This document shows, piece by piece, positions 49,536 through 59,760 of a DNA stretch of 64,000 nt. The stretch is taken from contig JBBTVD010000002.1 in the NCBI GenBank assembly GCA_038063415.1, positions 792 through 64,791 on the forward strand. Direction: 5' to 3'. Origin of the DNA: Patescibacteria group bacterium. Its GTDB lineage: Bacteria > Patescibacteriota > Microgenomatia > Levybacterales > UBA12049. Both the position numbers and the translations under genes were made by a program. The stretch's first letter is position 1. Every line of letters begins with the position of its first letter. Below the pieces are notes generated by a model. It was not told the DNA's origin. It worked only from the letters and a program-made list of their open reading frames with translations, and did not search any database.

Positions 49536-51820
49536 AAAAATACTTCCTCATTGCAGTACTTTTTTTGCTGATTGCAGGAGTTATCAATTCCATAATCTTT
49601 ACCAATATTGGTCCCAACAAATTTATTTATATAGGAGATCAGTTTTTCCGATTTAGTTATTTTGAAGCATTCATTAATTCGTTTTTTATCCGCAAATTAG
49701 AAAATCTTAGTGTGCTTAATGGCTGGCAGTTTACCACACAATTTTGGGATGCTGTTTATTATTTATTTGTTTATACATTGCACATATCTTTTATTACTGC
49801 TGAAAAAATGCTTTTCTTTCTTACATTAGCTTTATCTTTGCTTCTCTCTTTTATTGGTTTTGTAAAGATACAAAGCCTGGTAAGTAAAGAAAAGAAAATC
49901 GTTTTACTTTTTGTTATTACGCTCTGGTATTGTTTTAATCCGTATATTGTCATGCTCTGGCATGGGGGAGTGTACAATCTTGGCTCAGCCCTTACGTATT
50001 CACTGGCTCCACTTATTCTTTATTACTATCACCGAGCAGTATTTACGGATTCTCCTTTTCGGCAAAAGGTAATTTGCGCGATACTGATGGCAGTTGCTTC
50101 GTATACGTTTTGGCTATTTGCACCCTTTGTCTTTCTTTTGATTCTTTATTCTCTGTTGTATCTTATTTTTAGCCTTAGGGCTTTCCCACGTTTTTTGAAG
50201 AATATTTGTATGCTGCTCATGCTTTATTTACCGCTTGTAAGCTGGTTGCTTTTTAATATTCTTTATGAATACACCAATAATGTAGGTGATAATAATGCTA
50301 CGTTTATGCCAACCTTTGGGAATGAGCAAGGAGGATTTTTGTATCAACTACTTATGCTTTTTTCTTGGGGGATTTATACTGTTTGGACGCCTCGCTCGAT
50401 GTATCCTTTTCATGCATATTACTTTTCAAACACCTATATCTGGGCGACGCTTGCTGTTTATATCCTTATTGCTCTAGGAGTTATTAGTCATTATTTTTGG
50501 ATCATTGTACGGTTCCTGCTAAAAAGAAAGAAAAAGTTGGTAGTTTTGCCAAATGCTATAACGAAATTTTTAAAGAAAAAAAGCCAATTAGCAGAATATA
50601 GCTTATCAAGCAAATTACTTATTATTTTTTCACTCCTTCTTTTCATTTCGATATTCCTTGCCAAAGCAGCACAGCCACCCTTTGGAGAGATATTTCTTTA
50701 CCTGTATAATAATGTGCCCTTTTTCTCTGTCTTTAGAACAGCAGATATTCGGTTTGGTTTTTGTGTCGTTTTGAGTATCTCTTTGTTATTTTTATTGATC
50801 TCCCGGGAGTTTAATAAATATGTCTTAGCTTTTGTGATTATTGTTATCATAGGCTTACAGAGCCCCTTTTTCTTTACAGGTAAGGCGATACAAGGTGAAA
50901 ATATAAAAAAACTTTTCTATGATCGAGTGATCTATTACCCCACAGAGCAGCGTGAAGTTGTTGACTTTATTAATAAAGATAAAAGCTTAGCAACATACGT
51001 ACTGACCCTTCCTGCTATCGAATATGGTGACTATTCGTTTGATTCTGGAGAACGTCATTTTGGTCAAGATATTCTGCCGAAACTAATCAAAAAATCTTTT
51101 GTTTACCTTTCACAATCAAATGGTATATCCGTGAAGGGATATAAAGAGTTGCAGCGTGTTATTGAAAAGAAGGATTATGAAGGTTTAAAAAAGTTCCCGA
51201 TAAAATACCTCATTTTGCGACAAGATATTAGTTGTATCGGTTGCCCTAATTTATCGGAGGCAGAAATTGGGAAAAATCTCCCACTCGTTTATAAAAACAA
51301 ACGGTTTGCTGTCTATGAGATACAAAAGCATCAGACGCTTATTGATGGAGAAAATATCACCTTTAGTATGGTCAATCCAGTGAAATACCGTGTACATTTT
51401 GATAACCTGAAAAAAGAACAAACATTACAATTATTGACAAGTTTTAATAAGGACTGGAAGGTGTATCTTCAGAGAAAAAAGGAACGATCTTGTAATGCGA
51501 AAGTTAATTATTCTGAAAAGAAGACAGAATGTTTAGAGGAAGTAGCCCTTTTTGAGGGAGAAGAACTAGCCTATCTCTGGGAGAAACCTCTTTTCGAGAG
51601 TTCTCATCAACTCTCTTCCGGTTATGCAAACAAATGGGAAATTGATCCTCAATTTATTAAAAGAAACTACAGCAGTGATTATTATACGCTCAATAAGGAT
51701 GGTTCAATGAGCGTTGATATGCTAGTGTATTATCAACCACAGTCCTGGTTCTATCTCTTCTTATTAGTATCAAGCTTGTCTCTGTTCATGGGATTGATCT
51801 ATATGTTCAGATACAAATAA
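49532..51820 (+). CDS. Large multi-TM membrane protein, GT-C-like (paralog of the previous gene)
   Basis: Shares FSWGIYT.W.PR, PPFG, FR, H.GQDILPKL, GYAN.W, DGS. Confidence 0.6.
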   Translation: MKKYFLIAVLFLLIAGVINSIIFTNIGPNKFIYIGDQFFRFSYFEAFINSFFIRKLENLSVLNGWQFTTQFWDAVYYLFVYTLHISFITAEKMLFFLTLALSLLLSFIGFVKIQSLVSKEKKIVLLFVITLWYCFNPYIVMLWHGGVYNLGSALTYSLAPLILYYYHRAVFTDSPFRQKVICAILMAVASYTFWLFAPFVFLLILYSLLYLIFSLRAFPRFLKNICMLLMLYLPLVSWLLFNILYEYTNNVGDNNATFMPTFGNEQGGFLYQLLMLFSWGIYTVWTPRSMYPFHAYYFSNTYIWATLAVYILIALGVISHYFWIIVRFLLKRKKKLVVLPNAITKFLKKKSQLAEYSLSSKLLIIFSLLLFISIFLAKAAQPPFGEIFLYLYNNVPFFSVFRTADIRFGFCVVLSISLLFLLISREFNKYVLAFVIIVIIGLQSPFFFTGKAIQGENIKKLFYDRVIYYPTEQREVVDFINKDKSLATYVLTLPAIEYGDYSFDSGERHFGQDILPKLIKKSFVYLSQSNGISVKGYKELQRVIEKKDYEGLKKFPIKYLILRQDISCIGCPNLSEAEIGKNLPLVYKNKRFAVYEIQKHQTLIDGENITFSMVNPVKYRVHFDNLKKEQTLQLLTSFNKDWKVYLQRKKERSCNAKVNYSEKKTECLEEVALFEGEELAYLWEKPLFESSHQLSSGYANKWEIDPQFIKRNYSSDYYTLNKDGSMSVDMLVYYQPQSWFYLFLLVSSLSLFMGLIYMFRYK

Positions 51821-51865
51821 TTTTGATGGAAGCAAAAATGTTCGTCTGTATAAAACTTATTCTGT

Positions 51866-53008
51866 ATGAAAATTAGTATAAAAAAAATATTTATTTTTAG
51901 ATTATTAATAGTTAGTATCACTTTAGTAATTTCGTTAGTGGCTGCAGATTACATTCTTGGAAAATATGTTATGTGGGATTCTCATAAAATTGACTCGATT
52001 TGTAAAGATTTTGCAATGGATAAATTTGCGGAATCTCGTGGATTTTCTTTGGTAAATGCTTTTTATAAGCCTTTTGATCGTGTCACTCATTGTGGTTTGG
52101 AATTTAATTATACATACCACATTGATAAAAATGGATTTCGATATGACAAAGATGACAAAAAAAGAAAAAATATTTTGACTATTGGAGATTCGTTTACTTT
52201 TGGTTTTGGGGTAAAAGATAATGAAAATTTTGCAAGTTTACTTCACGCATACAATGCAGGTATGTGGGGAAATCCTTTTGACGTACAATTTGCTTCTTTA
52301 AAAAGAAATATACCTTTAATAAAACCAAAAGTCATTATTTGGGGAATATATCCATCTCATATAGTCACAATGATGCCTCATGAGTGGTCTGATTGGTGCC
52401 CGGGTGATATGAAATATCCCATCAATGCTCCTCATTCAGTAATCAGTGGCTTTGATAATTCGGGTATAGCAAGTTACCTTAAGAAAAACACATCTCTCAA
52501 AAGTATTGAATCAAAAGATAATGCTCTCTATATTTTAAAAAATTGTTATATGACAAAAGAGGTGTTATTATATGATGAAAACTTGGGTGGAAATCGCTAT
52601 ACATATAATGAAGCTGTTAATAAGACTTTTCTTAAAGATAGAGATCGTGTCTACAGGCAGTTACAATCGTATATGATACAGGCAAAAAAAATTGCAGATA
52701 AAAATGATGCAAAGCTTTACTTTGTCTTAATTCCATCACGCATGCAACTTCGATTGCAAGAAGGTAGTTATTCTGTTACTTATCCTGAGAGTAAGATTAA
52801 TGCCAATCTTCCAACAGAAACCATAACAAAAATGATTGTCAAAGCCGGATATGAAAAGGATTCAATTATCGATTTGGGTACGGCCTTTAGTGGACAACCA
52901 GAATGGCGAGAGTACTATTTTGTCACGGATGCGCATTGGAATGCGAAAGGCCACAAGTTCGTTGCAGAGAGAATAAAGAATATTTTGAAGAGAGAGGAAG
53001 ATAAATGA
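51866..53008 (+). CDS. SGNH/GDSL-family hydrolase/acyltransferase (membrane-anchored)
   Basis: N.GFR, IGDSFTFG.GV, NAG, DAHWN..GH. Confidence 0.85.
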   Translation: MKISIKKIFIFRLLIVSITLVISLVAADYILGKYVMWDSHKIDSICKDFAMDKFAESRGFSLVNAFYKPFDRVTHCGLEFNYTYHIDKNGFRYDKDDKKRKNILTIGDSFTFGFGVKDNENFASLLHAYNAGMWGNPFDVQFASLKRNIPLIKPKVIIWGIYPSHIVTMMPHEWSDWCPGDMKYPINAPHSVISGFDNSGIASYLKKNTSLKSIESKDNALYILKNCYMTKEVLLYDENLGGNRYTYNEAVNKTFLKDRDRVYRQLQSYMIQAKKIADKNDAKLYFVLIPSRMQLRLQEGSYSVTYPESKINANLPTETITKMIVKAGYEKDSIIDLGTAFSGQPEWREYYFVTDAHWNAKGHKFVAERIKNILKREEDK

Positions 53009-54888
53009 TGCACAAAAAAGGATCAATTACTATTCTAGGCATTTCAGCTTTTTATCATGATTCAGCAGCAGTCTTGTTGCGTGACGGTGAAGTTGTTGCA
53101 GCAGCTCAAGAAGAGCGCTTCACCCGGGTAAAAAATGATGAATCGTTTCCAACAAAGGCCATAAAGTATTGCCTTAAAGAAGGTAATGTCTCACTTGATG
53201 AATTAGATTGTGTTGTTTATTACGAAAAACCTTTTGTTAAATTTGTGAGGCTTTTGGAAACCTATTATGCGTTTGCCCCAAAAGGTCTCAAATCTTTTTT
53301 GTCGGCAATACCTCTTTGGCTAAAAGAAAAATTATTTCTTAAAAAATTTATTAAAGACAAACTCAATGAAATAGAACCAATTGATAAAAAAGCCATCCAT
53401 CTTATTTTCTCTAATCATCATTTGTCTCATGCGGCAAGTGCTTTTTATCCCTCTCCTTTCACGAGTGCTGCTATTTTGACAATAGATGCTGTTGGTGAAT
53501 GGGCGACAGCGACCATATCTCATGGAGAAAAAAATAAAATAAAAACCTTAAAAGAGCTACGATTTCCTCATTCTGTTGGTTTACTTTACTCTGCATTTAC
53601 TTACTATCTCGGATTCAAAGTAAATTCTGGAGAGTACAAACTAATGGGACTCGCCCCTTATGGTGATCCAACTTCTGACCGTGTTGTGACCTACAGAGAG
53701 ATAATAAAAAAACATATTGTTCATATAAAAGAAGACGGCTCAATTTGGCTTAACCAGGCATATTTTGACTATGCCACTGGTTTAAAAATGGTTAATGAAG
53801 AGAAATGGAAGGCGTTGTTTGGTTTTGCTAGCAAAAAGCCAGAATCCCAACTTGAGCAAAAACATTGTGATTTAGCTTTAGCAATTCAGCAAGTTACTGA
53901 AGAGATCGTCCTTAAAATGGCAGTAACGGCAAAGTCTATAACAGGCGAAAAAAACATTTGTCTTGCCGGAGGGGTTGCCTTAAATTGTGTCGCAAACAGC
54001 AAACTTTTTGATAAAAAGATTTTTGATGATGTATGGATACAGCCTGCTTCCGGAGATGCTGGAGGAGCATTGGGGGCTGCGTATGCAGCTTATTATTTAT
54101 ATTTTCAAAAGCAGCGCGTCATCAAAGACAAAGAAGATTCGATGCAAGGTTCTTATCTTGGCCCCGAGCACGGAAATGACGAGATAAAACGAACATTTGA
54201 CAGCTTGCAGGCTTCCTATACCTATATTCCTGAGTTTAATGATGTTTCTCAACAGGTAGCTAACCTCTTAGCAGAAGGAAAAATTATTGGTTGGTTCCAA
54301 GGAAGAATGGAATGGGGTCCCAGAGCCTTGGGAAATCGAAGTATTATAGCAGACGCGAGAGATAAAAATATGCAAAAAAAACTAAATTTACAGATAAAAT
54401 ATCGAGAAGGGTTTCGCCCTTTTGCTCCAATTGTCCTAGCAGAAGAGAAAAGAGACTATTTTAAGATAAAGAAGGACTCTCCTTACATGCTTTTTGTCTC
54501 AGAGATTGTTGATAAAAGAAAGAAAATGTTACCAAAAGACTACCATCAGTTATCAGTAAAAGAAAAACTTTATTTTATTCGTTCAGATATCCCCGCAGTA
54601 ACGCATCTTGATTATTCAGCACGGCTGCAAACTGTTCATAAAAAAACAAATCCTCGCTTTTGGCAACTCTTGCAATCATTTAAAGCTAAAACAGGGTACA
54701 GTTTGCTTGTCAATACAAGTTTTAATAGAAGAGGGGAGCCTATTGTCTGTACGCCCGAAGATGCGTATCGGTGTTTTATGAAGACAGAATTAGACTATTT
54801 AGTAATAGGAAACTTTGTGTTTGATAAAAAAAAGCAGAAGAATTATAATGAGAATAAGTTAGGTAAAGACATTCTTATTCTTGATTAA
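53005..54888 (+). CDS. O-carbamoyltransferase (NodU/CmcH/SxtI family)
   Basis: YHDSAA, EERF.R.K, HH.SHAASAF, GEYKLMGLAPYG, GGVALNC, GPRALGNRS, RE.FRPFAP, NTSFN. Confidence 0.95.
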   Translation: MMHKKGSITILGISAFYHDSAAVLLRDGEVVAAAQEERFTRVKNDESFPTKAIKYCLKEGNVSLDELDCVVYYEKPFVKFVRLLETYYAFAPKGLKSFLSAIPLWLKEKLFLKKFIKDKLNEIEPIDKKAIHLIFSNHHLSHAASAFYPSPFTSAAILTIDAVGEWATATISHGEKNKIKTLKELRFPHSVGLLYSAFTYYLGFKVNSGEYKLMGLAPYGDPTSDRVVTYREIIKKHIVHIKEDGSIWLNQAYFDYATGLKMVNEEKWKALFGFASKKPESQLEQKHCDLALAIQQVTEEIVLKMAVTAKSITGEKNICLAGGVALNCVANSKLFDKKIFDDVWIQPASGDAGGALGAAYAAYYLYFQKQRVIKDKEDSMQGSYLGPEHGNDEIKRTFDSLQASYTYIPEFNDVSQQVANLLAEGKIIGWFQGRMEWGPRALGNRSIIADARDKNMQKKLNLQIKYREGFRPFAPIVLAEEKRDYFKIKKDSPYMLFVSEIVDKRKKMLPKDYHQLSVKEKLYFIRSDIPAVTHLDYSARLQTVHKKTNPRFWQLLQSFKAKTGYSLLVNTSFNRRGEPIVCTPEDAYRCFMKTELDYLVIGNFVFDKKKQKNYNENKLGKDILILD

Positions 54889-54896
54889 CTAGTCTT

Positions 54897-55046
54897 ATGG
54901 AAAATATCAAAGATTTTTTAACATTTTTGAAAGAGCAAAAAAAATGGTGGTTGTTTCCGATAGTTTTGGTACTGCTCTTAGTAAGTACATTACTCGTTTT
55001 TGTTAGCGGAAGTGCAATTTCTCCATTCATCTATACGATGTTTTGA
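54897..55046 (+). CDS. SxtK-like (DUF5989) 49-aa membrane peptide, absent from the ORF track
   Basis: MENIKDFLTFLKEQKKWWLFPIVLVLLLVSTLLVFVSGSAISPFIYTMF. Confidence 0.85.
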   Translation: MENIKDFLTFLKEQKKWWLFPIVLVLLLVSTLLVFVSGSAISPFIYTMF

Positions 55047-55050
55047 TTAC

Positions 55051-55416
55051 ATGGATACACAAGAAACCTACAAAACTATTACTGTCCTCGTCCTCGTCTC
55101 TTTGCTTGTATATGCTGTGAATCATAACGCGCTATTTCTCCTTCTTGCAATCATTTTACTCATAAACAATGTATTCTTTTTCTGGGTAAATAAGCTCATT
55201 ACAAAATACTGGTTAAAGTTCGCTGAGGTTCTCGGCAATGTTAATACAAAAATATTGTTAACTATTATCTTCTTTCTCTTTTTAACACCACTAGCATTTT
55301 TTTATAGAATTTTCAATAAACATACGACTGAATATTTTAGAAAGGATATTCAGGAAAGTTATTTCGCGGAGGTAAACGAATCATATAATAAAAATTATTT
55401 TACAAAGCAGTGGTAA
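55051..55416 (+). CDS. SxtJ-family membrane protein
   Basis: W.K.AE.LG.VNTKILL..IFFL.LTP.A..YR...KQW. Confidence 0.8.
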   Translation: MDTQETYKTITVLVLVSLLVYAVNHNALFLLLAIILLINNVFFFWVNKLITKYWLKFAEVLGNVNTKILLTIIFFLFLTPLAFFYRIFNKHTTEYFRKDIQESYFAEVNESYNKNYFTKQW

Positions 55417-55490
55417 TCCTCATATAATACTTAATTTTTCGTGCTTTTTTCCAATTGACAACCATTGCTACTTATATGTAACATAAATGT

Positions 55491-56219
55491 ATGGAAGGTA
55501 ACTTTGACGGTTGGGTACCAGTAAATGAGACGTGGACGTATGCTTCAGCTGATTCACCAACATTTACCTTTACCCTTTCAGGTGATAAAACAAACAAATA
55601 TTCACCTGGAATGCGGATTAAACTTACACAGACTTCTGTTAAGTATTTTATCGTAACAGCAGTCTCGTATTCTAATCCCAATACAACCGTTACTGTCTAC
55701 GGAGGGACTGATTATACATTAGCAAATGCAGCAATTACGATACCTTATTATTCAGAAGCAAAAGCACCACAAGGATTCCCGCTTGATCCAACGAAATGGA
55801 CTGTTGAGGTAACTGATAGCACAGCACGAAGTGTATCTTCGCCTGCCGTAAATACCTGGTATAATCCAAACGCGGCTGATCAAATAAGTATACCAATTGG
55901 CGCATGGGACGTTGAATACGCGGGCGCCTTATACGCATACAAAAATTCTATTACCTGGATTTATGTAAAAGGGACACTGTCAACCGCCAATAATACAGAA
56001 TCTGATACGGGCTTTACTTCCTATATAAACGCTTATGGAGCATCAAGTGGTATGCAAGCAAATGGCGCTGGAACAAGAAGCAAAAATCTAACCCTTACGT
56101 CAAAGACATTGTATTATTTTAATATATCTGCTGATTCCTCAGCAAGTACCCTAGACGATCTGATATTAAACAACACTACCTTTCCACTAAAAATTAGTGC
56201 AGTAAGTGCTTACTTATAG
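55491..56219 (+). CDS. Phage tail-fibre-like protein (no signal peptide)
   Basis: DGW...TWTYASA..FT..GD.T.KY..G.RIKLTQ..VKYF.V...GGTDY.LAN..I..PYYS...PQGFP plus a beta-rich C-domain; TTGACA-18-TAACAT promoter. Confidence 0.6.
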   Translation: MEGNFDGWVPVNETWTYASADSPTFTFTLSGDKTNKYSPGMRIKLTQTSVKYFIVTAVSYSNPNTTVTVYGGTDYTLANAAITIPYYSEAKAPQGFPLDPTKWTVEVTDSTARSVSSPAVNTWYNPNAADQISIPIGAWDVEYAGALYAYKNSITWIYVKGTLSTANNTESDTGFTSYINAYGASSGMQANGAGTRSKNLTLTSKTLYYFNISADSSASTLDDLILNNTTFPLKISAVSAYL

Positions 56220-56267
56220 ATAATTTAATTCAAAAAAGAGCAAGTAAAACTGCTAGAATATGTACAG

Positions 56268-58490
56268 ATGCATATTTCTTTAAAAATATCCCTCTTTCTT
56301 ATTTTACTCGTCCTTTCAAACATCTATTTGTTCAAAAGTGGGTACTGGTTTGCCCAGGATACAAGCTATTGGCCCAAGAACGACCTTGAGTCGTTTACCA
56401 TGATAAGCCAACAGTTGCATGTTTTTAGTAATTTTGGCTATTATCTCGGCTTTGATCAAGGACTTTTTAATTTTACGAGGATTGGGGTGGTTGGTGCTAT
56501 TACATCTTTGCAACACCTAGTTGGTTTTGAAGGCTCACAACTGATTTTTACTCTGAGTGGGTATATCTTAACCTTCTTTTCCTTCTATCTGTTCTCTGGA
56601 ATTTTTTTCAAAAATAACAACAATAGATATCTTCTCTCGCTCCTATACACTTTTAATCCTCTCTCTTATACGCTACAAGGCTATGTCTTTTATAATGCTG
56701 CTGTACCCCTCTTTTTATATGCCTACCATCAATATTTTTATGTACAAAAAAATGTTCGAGTAGCCTTTTTGCTGTTAAGTATTTTTGCTGCATATATCTG
56801 GGTTGCCTATATTCGTTTTGTCCAAAGTAACTTTTTTGTTATTTTTCCTTATTGTCTGTACTTCTTTTTTTACTACAAGCGGCAGTTTGTCGCCAAAAAA
56901 GTAGTCGTTTTTATTGTTTCATATTTGTTGCTTTTTCTTCCCACGATCTATTCTTTTGCATCTCAGCTCTTTGAAAAGTCTCAGACAGCTTTCTTTTATG
57001 GGGAGGTATTTCGCAAGTTCGTCCCCAAAGACCATATGTATAATGCGTTCAATATATTCCAAACAATTGGGGTTACGCTCTATGAATATCCTATCTGGAC
57101 AATCATTGGGTTAGGATTTTTCCTCGCGATTCTTAGATTTCTTATTACTCTCCCCAAAGAAAAATATTCTGGTTTACTTGTACTTAACCTTGGGTTAGTT
57201 TTGTTTGGGTGTGGACTTTTTGGTCTCGCAAATCTTCTTGGAGATAAAGGATATAGTCAAGCGATTTCTTTATTCCCCTTTATTACAAATCAACCAATCT
57301 TTGCTTTATTTGTTATGTACCTTCCTCTGATTACACTTATTGGGCTTGTAACACAGGAAAGAATTCGCTCGCTTATTCTTTTTAGCTCCTTGTTTCTTAC
57401 TGCTGCAGTTTTTCCTTTTTTCAATATTTCAGCGACACAATTTAAAAATTTTGATATTGCTACTGTCCCACAACCATATCAGGAATACTTTATCAAACCA
57501 TATGCTGGAATCGCCGAATCTACGTATTATCCCTTGCAGCCCTGTTGGCAAGCGACATACATGAATCAAGCTGGTATTATCCCCATTTGTCTCAACTTTG
57601 GACTTAGATATCCCTCAGCAACGTTGGGTGATCCTCGTCTTGTAGCAGGAGAGCAGTATTCTTTGGCTCAACTTTTGGCAAAAGAGACAAAAATTCTTAA
57701 CCTAAGAGTTACGCACAATCTTAAAAATATCATTGTACCGCGTGATGCGGCAAAAGAGGATGAAAAAGAAATAGCGCAAAAAGCCAATGCGGAATTTGAA
57801 AAAAATCCATTACTTACTCGTTTATCTAATGAAAATTTCGCTCACTACTTTTTTGTAGATAAAGATCGTTACGATTTTTTATTGTATTCACCTTTAGAGA
57901 TCGTACAAAAAGACACCAGTGAATCAATTGTCGATAATAGCCTTGATGCTGCTCAACGGCCAGTAGTGGTGTCGTCGGATTCTTTATTTGCCAAAGAACA
58001 AGTGCAAAGCGTAAACGTTGCTTACAAAATTTCGTCCATGAATCCAACAAAATATTATGTACATATCTCCGCAGATAACCAGAAGCCCTTTATGCTTCAA
58101 TTAAATCAGGTATATGGTTCGTCGTGGAAATTGAAATGGGTAGATAAAGCATATTTTGATTCAAAGCAGTGTATGACCGCTTGGGAAGTTTTTCCTATGA
58201 CAAACAATCAGCGATGTCAGTACGACAGTAAGTTGTTTGAAATTGGTGATATAGAATTACTAGCTAAACCATCATTAAGAGACTCTCTTCATAGTCAAAG
58301 CAACTTTGGCAATAACTCGTGGCTGGTGAAACCCGAAGAGGTACCGATATCCATTAGAGGGCAGAAAGACCTTTATGCGGTGCTTATTATTGAAAAGCAA
58401 ATCTATTATACTATTGCGATCCTTCTTGGTATAATGACGATTGTAGTGTTATCTTTCGTGGCTTTTGCACAAGAAATAAAAAGAAAATAA
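56268..58490 (+). CDS. Large multi-TM membrane protein, GT-C-like (diverged third paralog)
   Basis: LYTFNP; PTKY; LNQ.Y..SW; H..SNFGNNSW; C-terminal TM. Confidence 0.55.
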   Translation: MHISLKISLFLILLVLSNIYLFKSGYWFAQDTSYWPKNDLESFTMISQQLHVFSNFGYYLGFDQGLFNFTRIGVVGAITSLQHLVGFEGSQLIFTLSGYILTFFSFYLFSGIFFKNNNNRYLLSLLYTFNPLSYTLQGYVFYNAAVPLFLYAYHQYFYVQKNVRVAFLLLSIFAAYIWVAYIRFVQSNFFVIFPYCLYFFFYYKRQFVAKKVVVFIVSYLLLFLPTIYSFASQLFEKSQTAFFYGEVFRKFVPKDHMYNAFNIFQTIGVTLYEYPIWTIIGLGFFLAILRFLITLPKEKYSGLLVLNLGLVLFGCGLFGLANLLGDKGYSQAISLFPFITNQPIFALFVMYLPLITLIGLVTQERIRSLILFSSLFLTAAVFPFFNISATQFKNFDIATVPQPYQEYFIKPYAGIAESTYYPLQPCWQATYMNQAGIIPICLNFGLRYPSATLGDPRLVAGEQYSLAQLLAKETKILNLRVTHNLKNIIVPRDAAKEDEKEIAQKANAEFEKNPLLTRLSNENFAHYFFVDKDRYDFLLYSPLEIVQKDTSESIVDNSLDAAQRPVVVSSDSLFAKEQVQSVNVAYKISSMNPTKYYVHISADNQKPFMLQLNQVYGSSWKLKWVDKAYFDSKQCMTAWEVFPMTNNQRCQYDSKLFEIGDIELLAKPSLRDSLHSQSNFGNNSWLVKPEEVPISIRGQKDLYAVLIIEKQIYYTIAILLGIMTIVVLSFVAFAQEIKRK

Positions 58491-58493
58491 AAG

Positions 58494-59552
58494 ATGAAGA
58501 AGTTTTTTTCTCATAAAATAGTAAAGTGGGTACTGGTTCCTTTATTGCTCCTTCTCTTTTGGTTAGTTTTTACGCTAAAACTTATCAACGAAACTTCAGG
58601 GATTACCATGTTTGTGTATCCCTATGGTAGAAGTGATTTTACTTCCTGGAAGGATACAGAGTTATTAAAAGGACAGAAAGTGGCTGGTGAATTTCAATCC
58701 TCTGCAAATAATTTAGGTATTATTGCTGTACGTTTCAATACCTACCAGCGAATAAATAAGGATGCTTTACTTTTTAGTATAAAAGAGAAAGGCAAAGAAG
58801 AGTGGTACTATACAAATACCTACTTAGTTAACCAGTTTCAACCCGATCAATTTTTTACTTTCGGCTTCCCCATTATTGAAAAATCTGAAGGCAAAATATA
58901 CCAGTTTGTGTTGGAATCACAAAGAGGAAAGCCTAACGACGCTGTCTCACTTAGTACAATAGAACCTGCTTTTGTAACAAAACATGCTTATACAAAGCAA
59001 TCTCTTTTTTCCGATAAAGATACATTGGTAGAGTTCTTCGCTAAAAAATCAGGGAATTTATTTGCAGAAAAAGACTTTATTACCACATCCTTAAGCTATC
59101 TATTGCCACTCATCTTTTATCTTATCTGGCAGAATTTTTCTCTTTCAAGTGTTGTGTTTGCACGATCAGCAACAGCAAGAAAAGTTCAAGAAAGATTACA
59201 GAATTCTCGATCCGTTAAAAATATGGTTCGTTATTTTTATCAACTTACTATTGTGACAAAGCATATATTGATTTTACCAATACTCTTTGTTCTTTTCGAT
59301 GTATTTTTTGTTCAGAAAGTCTCTCATATTACGATACTAGCGCTTACGGTCATATGGCTCTTTATCGTAAAGAAGTTTCACCTAGAGAGTAAAGTTTCCT
59401 TTTTGGTCGCATTCTTTTTACTAGCGTTTTGTCCTATCTTACTCATTATAAATTGGATACACGTTGCAGAAAAGGCAGCAATGTGGTCATATGTCTTCTT
59501 GCTGATTGGCGTGGTTCAACAGATTTTTGCTCTAAGAATTAAAGAAGAATAA
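58494..59552 (+). CDS. Membrane protein with extracytoplasmic beta-domain
   Basis: N-terminal TM, NNLGIIAVRF..FGFP.I..S.GK.Y.F domain, several C-terminal TMs. Confidence 0.6.
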   Translation: MKKFFSHKIVKWVLVPLLLLLFWLVFTLKLINETSGITMFVYPYGRSDFTSWKDTELLKGQKVAGEFQSSANNLGIIAVRFNTYQRINKDALLFSIKEKGKEEWYYTNTYLVNQFQPDQFFTFGFPIIEKSEGKIYQFVLESQRGKPNDAVSLSTIEPAFVTKHAYTKQSLFSDKDTLVEFFAKKSGNLFAEKDFITTSLSYLLPLIFYLIWQNFSLSSVVFARSATARKVQERLQNSRSVKNMVRYFYQLTIVTKHILILPILFVLFDVFFVQKVSHITILALTVIWLFIVKKFHLESKVSFLVAFFLLAFCPILLIINWIHVAEKAAMWSYVFLLIGVVQQIFALRIKEE

Positions 59553-59760
59553 GTTATTTTTTGGCATCTTGACGAAGAATAAAAATTATTTGTATTATTT
59601 AGTTACCGTATGGTTACTACTTCTCAAATAGGAAATAACTTAGGTTAACAGCAGGTACCCATACATTAAAGGTGAATTTTTCAGGCTTTTCCGATACGAC
59701 TATGACGGTTGGACATATCCGCAATCAGCGTATGAGTATCATGCGCGTATTTTGATTATC

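Noticed and set aside
53005-55416. Saxitoxin biosynthesis
   Set aside because: Only sxtI/J/K-like genes; no sxtA/G/B/D core; context is glycan synthesis
46184-56219. Prophage or diversity-generating retroelement
   Set aside because: No capsid, terminase, integrase or reverse transcriptase; no TR/VR pair seen
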